From positions 1 through 64,000 of the IMG/VR virus record IMGVR_UViG_3300050019_000176: DNA of 64,000 bases; one strand, 5' to 3'. The DNA comes from a virus. Shown here piece after piece: positions 10,179 through 15,674 of this stretch. How positions within the stretch are numbered: the first letter of the stretch is position 1; each line of letters opens with the position of its first letter. The notes under the pieces were generated by a model. The model made no database searches. It was not told the origin of the DNA and saw only the letters and a program-made list of their open reading frames with translations. A program made the translations under genes and the position numbers.

Positions 10179-10685
10179 TTACGCGAATAAGTATTTGTCC
10201 CAAAGTTTGGAGTCACCAGCCAGCAACCTGTGTTTCGCGTGAATGCTGATCTGCCGTGGTTGCTTCAATAGCGTCATTCCGGCCTCCGCCGGCGTCCTGT
10301 CCTGCTTCCGGTTATTGCACGGGAAGCAGGACGCCACTAAATTCTCCCATGTCGAGAGCCCGCGCCGCGACCGTGGAACCACATGGTCAAGCGTCAGACT
10401 TCCCGAGGGTAGGCGGGCGCCGCAGTACTGACAGGAACTGCCATCCCGCAGCAGGATTCCCTTGCGGGAGACCGCCCGGTTCTGCCGCGGGAATTTCCGG
10501 TACCTGATGAGCCGGATCACGCTGGGGATTGGGATGTCGATCTTCGCTGTGTGGACCGTGTAGGCAGACACCTCCTCTACGAGCGCCGCCCCCTTGAAGA
10601 TCAGGGTCATCGCTCGGCGGGCTGGTACGATATTGATGGATTCGTAGCTGGCATTGAGAACCAACACGAGACGGTTCAGTGACAT
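10179..10685 (-). CDS. HNH endonuclease (McrA-like)
   Basis: LVLVLNASYE ... RDGSSCQYCG..LTLDHVVPRSRRG..WENLVASCFPCNNRK. Confidence 0.9.
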   Translation of the reverse strand: MSLNRLVLVLNASYESINIVPARRAMTLIFKGAALVEEVSAYTVHTAKIDIPIPSVIRLIRYRKFPRQNRAVSRKGILLRDGSSCQYCGARLPSGSLTLDHVVPRSRRGLSTWENLVASCFPCNNRKQDRTPAEAGMTLLKQPRQISIHAKHRLLAGDSKLWDKYLFA

Positions 10686-10690
10686 AACGT

Positions 10691-10766
10691 TGGTGAGGGG
10701 CACGGGCCACGATCCCGCATCTCCCGACTTAAAGGGACGGCGCTCTGCCTATTGAGCTAACCCCTC
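10691..10766 (-). tRNA. tRNA-Lys(UUU)
   Basis: Cloverleaf with CCA; C33; T loop ATCGTGG. Confidence 0.8.
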
Positions 10767-11464
10767 AAAAGACCTCTACAGTATTCGGATTCTCCCCCGG
10801 CTGCGACTCGTTTTACGTTGGCGGTTTTCTTGGCCTCTTGCAGTTTTCTCCATTCCCGGCCGCTCCCTTTATTCCTTCCCTTGTAAGTGGGGAGCTGCAT
10901 ATCGCAGTTCCCGCAAACCAAGCGAAGGTTGGCTACGCTCCAGTTTGTAGAGTTACCGTCTATATGATCCAAGATCAACGGCACCCTCTCGCCCATCCAA
11001 GTGTCCGTTCCACACCGGGAACATTTGTTACCAGCGGTGTCCTTTAGATAACGTTTGGCCCACCCTCCCCTAGCGCTCTCGGAGCCGCCCAACACCTCGC
11101 CAGTATTGCGGATGTGATTCAGCTGTAGTATCCATCTACTGCCGTAAAAGCAGGCTGTCGAGCAGAACGGTCCTGGCCTAAACGTGTCACCACCGCAGTT
11201 CTTGCATGGGTGGCGCTTTTCTTCTAGAGACTGCCCATGCCTACGGACTCCAATATTGCGCACCGCAGCAGCGCAACTGTGATTGCAGAACGTACTCTTG
11301 CCTCTTTTCTCGTATGGAATCACTTGATCACATTTTATGCACCGTTCTGGATTGAGAGCGTACGCCACTCGTTTTTGCTGTGCAACTTCTTTGGTTTTCT
11401 GGATGCCTGCCGCCAGCCATTTGCTGATAGTGTCGGCCCTGGCCTTCGTCATTCTTCGCGGCAT
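10757..11464 (-). CDS. HNH homing endonuclease with N-terminal zinc motifs
   Basis: CSRC..LILDHIDGNSTNWSVANLRLVCGNCD; stop codon lies inside tRNA-Lys. Confidence 0.85.
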   Translation of the reverse strand: MPRRMTKARADTISKWLAAGIQKTKEVAQQKRVAYALNPERCIKCDQVIPYEKRGKSTFCNHSCAAAVRNIGVRRHGQSLEEKRHPCKNCGGDTFRPGPFCSTACFYGSRWILQLNHIRNTGEVLGGSESARGGWAKRYLKDTAGNKCSRCGTDTWMGERVPLILDHIDGNSTNWSVANLRLVCGNCDMQLPTYKGRNKGSGREWRKLQEAKKTANVKRVAAGGESEYCRGLLRG

Positions 11465-11483
11465 TCTACTATCCAGTGTAACA

Positions 11484-11559
11484 TGGTACGGGGCAGAAGG
11501 ATCGAACTTCTCTGTACCTGTTCGTAGGAGCAGCACCGTCACCAGACGATAAACCCGGC
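11484..11559 (-). tRNA. tRNA-Val(UAC), irregular
   Basis: CCA end and T arm; bulged anticodon stem with loop CCTACGA; acceptor mismatch. Confidence 0.6.
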
Positions 11560-11560
11560 A

Positions 11561-11650
11561 TGGTCCCCGGCCCAGGTGCCGACCCTGGATCTAGCTCCGA
11601 TCTGGAGAAACGGTTATAGGCCGTCTTGCGGCGCCGGCCGCCCACCGGGG
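11561..11650 (-). tRNA. tRNA-Ile(UAU) with long variable arm
   Basis: CCCCGGT/GCCGGGG-A-CCA; loop CC-TAT-AA; extra CTCC/GGAG arm. Confidence 0.75.
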
Positions 11651-12186
11651 GAAGGTTGATCCTTCAATACAATCAAGCCATCATGGATCTCTCCGTGACA
11701 GTTAGCGCATGTGAGCACGCACTTGTCTAGTTCTTTTTTTATCCGAACCCAAGATGCCGTGACTCGGCTGATCGAAAAATCCTTTTGCGATTGGTCACTG
11801 TGGTGGAACCCTAATGAGCGCAAGCACTTAGCATACCCGCAGAATTCGCACGCCCCTCCCTTGTATTCTACCGCCTTGAGCTTTAATCGCTTCCTCCACG
11901 CAGTTACCCCACGAACCGATCTAGCTTTTGGATCGGAGGATTGTCTGCTCGCCACCCGCGCGTTATGGCGGCATTGATTGCTGCAATATCGGGAGCGCCT
12001 TGTAGAGGGGGAACCGCAGACTGCGCACTTCCCTTCCGGTTTCCGTTTTGGAAACTTCTTGTTATTGTACTTGGCGGCGCATGACTTATTGCAGAACTTC
12101 TTAATCCGAACATCCCGCGCAGACTGCCCATCCATCGCCACAATCTTTCGTCGACATGATCGGCAGTAGTGTTGATTCGAAGCCAT
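11614..12186 (-). CDS. HNH homing endonuclease
   Basis: KGGACEFCGY..LGFHH..KKELDKCVLTCANCHGEIH; stop codon in the tRNA-Ile anticodon loop. Confidence 0.85.
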   Translation of the reverse strand: MASNQHYCRSCRRKIVAMDGQSARDVRIKKFCNKSCAAKYNNKKFPKRKPEGKCAVCGSPSTRRSRYCSNQCRHNARVASRQSSDPKARSVRGVTAWRKRLKLKAVEYKGGACEFCGYAKCLRSLGFHHSDQSQKDFSISRVTASWVRIKKELDKCVLTCANCHGEIHDGLIVLKDQPSPGGRPAPQDGL

Positions 12187-12209
12187 CAATAATATATTAA
12201 CACGAAAAC

Positions 12210-12298
12210 TGGCTGGCGGAAGAGGATTCGAACCTCCATGCGGGATCACTCCACGGCAGATTAACAGTCTGCTGCCTTACCAGTTAGGCGATCCGCCA
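12210..12298 (-). tRNA. tRNA-Asn(GUU) with long variable arm
   Basis: Cloverleaf with CCA; 18-nt variable region. Confidence 0.85.
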
Positions 12299-12302
12299 AT
12301 CT

Positions 12303-12378
12303 TGGTGGGTCCAGCGGGGCTCGAACCCGCACATCCCTGAGTAAGAATCAGGTACGCTGCCACTCGCGTCCTGGACCC
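12303..12378 (-). tRNA. tRNA-Lys(CUU)
   Basis: Cloverleaf with CCA. Confidence 0.9.
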
Positions 12379-12384
12379 GAAACT

Positions 12385-12459
12385 TGGTAGGGGTGACGCG
12401 AATTGAACACGCATCGAGAGATTGAAAGCCTCTCATCCTAACCATTAGACGACACCCCC
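12385..12459 (-). tRNA. tRNA-Glu(UUC)
   Basis: Cloverleaf with CCA. Confidence 0.9.
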
Positions 12460-12460
12460 A

Positions 12461-12536
12461 TGGCGTCCCCAGCCGGATTCGAACCGGCGATTTCTGGCGT
12501 GAGAAGCCAGCGTCCTTGCCGCTAGACGATGGGGAC
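12461..12536 (-). tRNA. tRNA-Glu(CUC)
   Basis: Cloverleaf with CCA. Confidence 0.9.
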
Positions 12537-12541
12537 AAACT

Positions 12542-12616
12542 TGGCGCGGTGGACGGGTAACGATCCCGCTTCGTCTCCGTAGACAGCGGAGTGCATATCC
12601 TACCTGCCCCCACCGC
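12542..12616 (-). tRNA. tRNA-Asp(GUC)
   Basis: Cloverleaf with CCA and G73; U at position 37. Confidence 0.8.
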
Positions 12617-12623
12617 GCAAACT

Positions 12624-12659
12624 TGGTCGGCCCGCCGGGATTCGAACCCGGAGGGATAC
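12624..12659 (-). pseudogene. 3' half of a split tRNA-Arg(CCG)
   Basis: CCGGG-TTCGAAT-CCCGG-CGGGCCG-A-CCA; acceptor strand pairs with CGGCCTG at 13229-13235. Confidence 0.85.
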
Positions 12660-12660
12660 T

Positions 12661-12736
12661 TGGTGATCGTGGCTGGATTCTAACCAGCGACCTCTACCTT
12701 CGGAGGGCAGTGCTCTTTACGCTGAGCTACACGATC
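12661..12736 (-). tRNA. tRNA-Arg(CCG), intact replacement copy
   Basis: Cloverleaf with CCA; T loop TTAGAAT, D loop AGCGTAAA. Confidence 0.85.
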
Positions 12737-13177
12737 AAGACCTAATACTGTAATCCATTTCCATCCACGCTCAAGAGCAGTCTTGATAGTGTGACACTTC
12801 GAACACCGAACATCACACTTGCTGATCTCTTCTTGCCGTCTGCGTTGACTCCACCCTTGCATATTCGAAACACTGGCGACCTTTTTCCCACGCACGTGAT
12901 CGAATTGAAGAACGAGCGGGTTTGATTCACCACAATCTACACACGGGTGTTCACGAAAGAACGGCACCATTTCTGCGAAGAATGCTTCCATCCACTTGTC
13001 TCTCGAACGATCCGCCTTCAAGCGGTAGTATTCTTTGTTTCTCTGGTAATGATCCTTGTTATATGCCCTGTGGCATATTTTGCAGTCATCGGATCTTATG
13101 CCGCGGGATTTGTACTTGAATGAAAACTCATCGACGTTCTGTTCTTTTCCGCAGCGACAACATGTTTTCTTAGTCAT
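12680..13177 (-). CDS. HNH homing endonuclease
   Basis: MTKKTCCRCGKE..; HPCVDCGE..LQFDHVRGKK..KCDVRCSKCH. Confidence 0.85.
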   Translation of the reverse strand: MTKKTCCRCGKEQNVDEFSFKYKSRGIRSDDCKICHRAYNKDHYQRNKEYYRLKADRSRDKWMEAFFAEMVPFFREHPCVDCGESNPLVLQFDHVRGKKVASVSNMQGWSQRRRQEEISKCDVRCSKCHTIKTALERGWKWITVLGLDRVAQRKEHCPPKVEVAG

Positions 13178-13187
13178 CCTCCGAAGT

Positions 13188-13235
13188 ATACCATCCTTCG
13201 GAGAGATGTGCCCTGTCCAGTTGAGCGACAGGCCG
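13188..13235 (-). pseudogene. 5' half of a split tRNA-Arg(CCG)
   Basis: CGGCCTG, D arm GCTC/GGGC, anticodon arm CATCT-CTCCGAA-GGATG, then truncated. Confidence 0.85.
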
Positions 13236-13239
13236 AAAA

Positions 13240-13316
13240 TGGTACGCCCGCGAGGATTCGAACCCCGGTCTGATCGTTCGTAGCGATCTATCCTTTCCGG
13301 ATTGGACGACGGGCGC
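13240..13316 (-). tRNA. tRNA-Arg(ACG)
   Basis: Cloverleaf with CCA. Confidence 0.9.
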
Positions 13317-13324
13317 GCGAAAAA

Positions 13325-13408
13325 TGGTAAGCACCCACCCAGTGATTCCGACACTGGCTCTGTACCGACTCCCGCCGGTCGAGACTCCATGCCTCCCGTG
13401 GGTGCATA
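13325..13408 (-). ncRNA. tRNA-like RNA with CCA end but a GGGA tetraloop instead of an anticodon loop
   Basis: GCACCCAC/GTGGGTGC stem, D-like and T-like arms, CCGGC-GGGA-GTCGG. Confidence 0.65.
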
Positions 13409-13416
13409 AGCATAAA

Positions 13417-13492
13417 TGGCTGGCCGCCCAGGGTACGATCCTGGAACCTCTGCGTTCAGAGCGCAGCGCGCTGCCAATTGCGCCAGCGGCCA
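13417..13492 (-). tRNA. tRNA-Gln(CUG)
   Basis: Cloverleaf with CCA. Confidence 0.9.
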
Positions 13493-13493
13493 A

Positions 13494-13567
13494 TGGCCGG
13501 GAGGGAGCGAATCGAACGCTCGAAGCTGGCTTCAAAGACCAGCGGCTTACCATTAACCTACCTCCCG
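13494..13567 (-). tRNA. tRNA-Gln(UUG)
   Basis: Cloverleaf with CCA. Confidence 0.9.
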
Positions 13568-13570
13568 AAT

Positions 13571-13644
13571 TGGGGTGACCGATCGGTTCGACCCGACAAC
13601 CTCCGGGGCCACAACCCGGCGCTCTACGTTTGAGCTACGGCCAC
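13571..13644 (-). tRNA. tRNA-His(GUG), degenerate loops
   Basis: C73 and CCA; 6-nt T loop; no encoded G-1. Confidence 0.75.
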
Positions 13645-13647
13645 ACT

Positions 13648-13722
13648 TGGTGCCGGAAGCGGCGCTCGAATCCGCGTCACTGGCTTTTCAGACCAATGCT
13701 CTACCGTCTGAGCTATTCCGGC
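13648..13722 (-). tRNA. tRNA-Phe(GAA)
   Basis: Cloverleaf with CCA. Confidence 0.9.
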
Positions 13723-13727
13723 GAAAT

Positions 13728-13807
13728 TGGTGGACCTCCAGAGAATTGAACTCTGCTGACTATCTTCCTTGCAAGGGAAGCGACCACCCCATGCAGTCTC
13801 GAGGCCC
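13728..13807 (-). tRNA. tRNA-Ala(UGC)
   Basis: G3-U70 pair, CCA. Confidence 0.9.
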
Positions 13808-13812
13808 AAAAT

Positions 13813-13885
13813 TGGTAGCGGGGGTCGGTGTTGATCCGACGCGGCTGGGTTTATGAGGCCAAGCTGTGAACCGTCTCTCCCCGCA
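13813..13885 (-). tRNA. tRNA-Met(CAU), initiator-like, degenerate
   Basis: 1-72 mismatch, CT-CAT-AA loop, weak D and anticodon stems. Confidence 0.65.
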
Positions 13886-13976
13886 ATAAATTCTGGCATA
13901 CAACCTCACGGCCCGGTATGCCGGCGGGTCGCGGCATGGACTGGAGTAGGGCTCACAGCGCCGCAGACGTCGAACT

Positions 13977-14050
13977 TGGTGCGTCCCCGAAGAGTTGAAC
14001 TTCGATTGCTCCCCTATCGAGGGAGAGTCCTGCTATTGGACGAGGGGCGC
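13977..14050 (-). tRNA. tRNA-Ile(GAU)
   Basis: Cloverleaf with CCA; loop TC-GAT-AG. Confidence 0.8.
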
Positions 14051-14051
14051 A

Positions 14052-14127
14052 TGGGGCCGGTGGCGGAACTCGAATCCGCGGATTCTTCCTTACCAAAGAA
14101 GCGGTGAACCATCCCACCTCCACCGGC
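14052..14127 (-). tRNA. tRNA-Thr(GGU)
   Basis: Cloverleaf with CCA. Confidence 0.9.
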
Positions 14128-14132
14128 GAAAC

Positions 14133-14207
14133 TGGGGCCAGATCGGAGAATCGAACTCCGGTCACAGGGATACGAATCCTGCACTCTGCCGACTGAGCTA
14201 ATCTGGC
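14133..14207 (-). tRNA. tRNA-Thr(CGU)
   Basis: Cloverleaf with CCA. Confidence 0.9.
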
Positions 14208-14208
14208 A

Positions 14209-14283
14209 TGGAGCCGGGCGCCGAACTCGAAGCGGCCTCACTGACTTACAGGGCCAGCGCATCGCCATCTATGCTTGCCCGGC
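14209..14283 (-). tRNA. tRNA-Thr(UGU)
   Basis: Cloverleaf with CCA; C33. Confidence 0.85.
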
Positions 14284-14356
14284 TGGAGCGGATGGAGGCA
14301 TCGAAGCCTCGTATCGACCTTGGCAAGGTCGCGCTCTACCATTGAGCTACACCCGC
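14284..14356 (-). tRNA. tRNA-Gly(GCC)
   Basis: Cloverleaf, U73, CCA. Confidence 0.9.
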
Positions 14357-14363
14357 AGAAACT

Positions 14364-14437
14364 TGGAGCGGACGGGGGTACTCGAAACCCCTTCTCTGGG
14401 TTGGAGGCCCAGGGCACACCCTATATACCACGCCCGC
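14364..14437 (-). tRNA. tRNA-Gly(UCC)
   Basis: Cloverleaf, U73, CCA; C33. Confidence 0.85.
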
Positions 14438-14455
14438 CTTACTGCCTACACTCTG

Positions 14456-14465
14456 TTGTCAAAGA
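14456..14465 (-). promoter_or_regulatory. boxA-like antitermination element (operon 2)
   Basis: TCTTTGACAA after the first tRNA, preceded by a GC hairpin. Confidence 0.6.
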
Positions 14466-14500
14466 CCCTGCCGCGCCTTCATGCCACTGCGCGGCGAACT

Positions 14501-14577
14501 TGGTCGGGGCGGCAAGATTCGAACTTGCGACCTTCTGGTCCCAGGCCAGACGGGTTAAACCACTTCCCTACGCCCCG
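14501..14577 (-). tRNA. tRNA-Pro(UGG), first tRNA of operon 2
   Basis: Cloverleaf with CCA; C33. Confidence 0.9.
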
Positions 14578-14612
14578 AAAATCAAAAAGGCCCGAATCTT
14601 TCGATCCGAGCC
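14578..14612 (-). terminator. Intrinsic terminator (attenuator) before tRNA operon 2
   Basis: GGCTCGGATC-GAAA-GATTCGGGCC followed by TTTTTGATTTT. Confidence 0.85.
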
Positions 14613-14641
14613 CACTGGAAAACCGGAAATCCCAAGTGGGC

Positions 14642-14734
14642 TTACGGAGCATCGCGGGCGACTGGATTCATCGCCGGTGCGATGGGTTCCGTCCCCTGCT
14701 GCTTCCTTGTGCCGAAATGGAATATGTATCTCAT
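14642..14734 (-). CDS. Leader peptide of tRNA operon 2 (MRYIFHFGTRKQQGTEPIAPAMNPVARDAP)
   Basis: ATG 10 nt after the -10 box; stop codon overlaps the antiterminator arm. Confidence 0.75.
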   Translation of the reverse strand: MRYIFHFGTRKQQGTEPIAPAMNPVARDAP

Positions 14735-14744
14735 GTACGATTTC

Positions 14745-14771
14745 AGTATATCACGGTTTCGCCGAATGCAA
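14745..14771 (-). promoter_or_regulatory. Promoter of tRNA operon 2
   Basis: TTGCAT..TGaTATACT-GAAATCGTA (extended -10). Confidence 0.75.
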
Positions 14772-14779
14772 GCACTTTT

Positions 14780-14864
14780 TGGCGGAAGATGGCCGAATCG
14801 AACGACTCCGCTTGCGCGGACCCCGGAATTCGAACCCGGTTGCCCACCATGGGCGGCATCTTCC
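14780..14864 (-). tRNA. tRNA-Ser(CGA), 8/4 structure
   Basis: 8-bp acceptor GGAAGATG/CATCTTCC, 4-bp T stem, long variable arm, G73. Confidence 0.85.
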
Positions 14865-14868
14865 GAAC

Positions 14869-14953
14869 TGGCGGAGAGCACCAGAGTCGAACTGGCACCC
14901 TTTCGGGGCTCCGGTTTTCCAGGCCGGCCGGGATCCACATCCCCGTACTCTCC
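14869..14953 (-). tRNA. tRNA-Ser(GGA), 8/4 structure
   Basis: 8-bp acceptor, CCAG/CTGG T stem. Confidence 0.85.
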
Positions 14954-14960
14954 AAACTTA

Positions 14961-15045
14961 TGGCCGCGGGCGAAGGAATCGAACCCTCATCCCGAAGGAG
15001 CGCCAGTACTCAAGACTGGTGGCGGACCATCCGCCCGCGCCCGCG
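14961..15045 (-). tRNA. tRNA-Ser(UGA), 8/4 structure
   Basis: CGCGGGCG/CGCCCGCG acceptor, 4-bp T stem. Confidence 0.85.
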
Positions 15046-15046
15046 G

Positions 15047-15120
15047 TGGAATGGGGATCGGGAATCGAACCCGACATAACAGCTTTGCAGGCTGCCCTCT
15101 AGCCGATTGAGTTTCCCCAC
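15047..15120 (-). tRNA. tRNA-Cys(GCA)
   Basis: Cloverleaf, U73, CCA. Confidence 0.85.
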
Positions 15121-15121
15121 G

Positions 15122-15192
15122 CACCCCAGCGACGATTCGAACGCCGAAAATCCGCTTTGGAGACGGACCACCTCACCATCGGTAACCGGGGC
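15122..15192 (-). tRNA. tRNA-Trp(CCA), no encoded CCA tail
   Basis: TCCGT-CTCCAAA-GCGGA, TTCGAAT T arm. Confidence 0.8.
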
Positions 15193-15197
15193 AAACT

Positions 15198-15281
15198 TGG
15201 TAGGCTCGGTGGGATTCGAACCCACAGGGGAAAACGCTCTTGAGGCGTTTGGTTGTGCCAATTCACCTTATCCACGAGCCT
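15198..15281 (-). tRNA. tRNA-Leu(CAA), short variable region
   Basis: AACGC-CTCAAGA-GCGTT, CCA; extra nucleotides before the D arm. Confidence 0.75.
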
Positions 15282-15287
15282 AAAACT

Positions 15288-15364
15288 TGGTGCGCCGCCC
15301 GAGATTCGAACTCGGAAAAGTCAGGGCCTAAACCTGATGGATTTGCCAATTTTCCTAGCGGCGC
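15288..15364 (-). tRNA. tRNA-Leu(UAG), short variable region
   Basis: Cloverleaf with CCA. Confidence 0.85.
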
Positions 15365-15370
15365 ATAACT

Positions 15371-15458
15371 TGGTGAGTGCGGATGGATTTGAACCACCGT
15401 GGCCCCGAAGGACAGAAGGGTTACAGCCTTCCCGTTTCAGCCGCTCACGCACGCACTC
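15371..15458 (-). tRNA. tRNA-Tyr(GUA)
   Basis: Class II cloverleaf with CCA. Confidence 0.9.
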
Positions 15459-15470
15459 ATTGTCAAAGAT
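15459..15470 (-). promoter_or_regulatory. boxA-like antitermination element (operon 1)
   Basis: ATCTTTGACAAT after the first tRNA. Confidence 0.6.
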
Positions 15471-15473
15471 CTT

Positions 15474-15562
15474 TGGCGGAGAGCCGGCGACTCGAACGCC
15501 GGAGTCCCGAAGGAAGCACGCGTTTAGCAGACGCGCCGGACGGCCCACTGTCCATGCTCTCC
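15474..15562 (-). tRNA. tRNA-Ser(GCU), first tRNA of operon 1
   Basis: Class II cloverleaf with CCA. Confidence 0.9.
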
Positions 15563-15575
15563 GAAACCTGGGCTC

Positions 15576-15674
15576 CTATAAACTCGACAGGGATGATAGG
15601 TGCCCGGACGGACACCACAAATACTCGGCGGAGCGCCGATAGGAAAGAAATCCGCGATTGGAATTCTTGTGCAT
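15576..15674 (-). CDS. Leader peptide of tRNA operon 1 (MHKNSNRGFLSYRRSAEYLWCPSGHLSSLSSL)
   Basis: ATG 9 nt after the -10 box; ends 13 nt before tRNA-Ser. Confidence 0.7.
   Translation of the reverse strand: MHKNSNRGFLSYRRSAEYLWCPSGHLSSLSSL

Larger units (their letters stand above)
12660..13187 (-). mobile_element. HNH + tRNA-Arg(CCG) cassette inserted in a tRNA-Arg(CCG) gene
   Basis: Flanked by GTAT direct repeats (12656-12659, 13188-13191) and by complementary tRNA halves. Confidence 0.8.

Noticed and set aside
12660-13187. Self-splicing intron in tRNA-Arg(CCG)
   Set aside because: The insert is filled by an ORF and a tRNA, lies in the variable loop and shows no group I/II core motifs
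12284-15642. The many ORF-track ORFs across the tRNA array
   Set aside because: They are chance frames over tRNA genes; only the HNH genes (with later starts) and the two short leaders are supported
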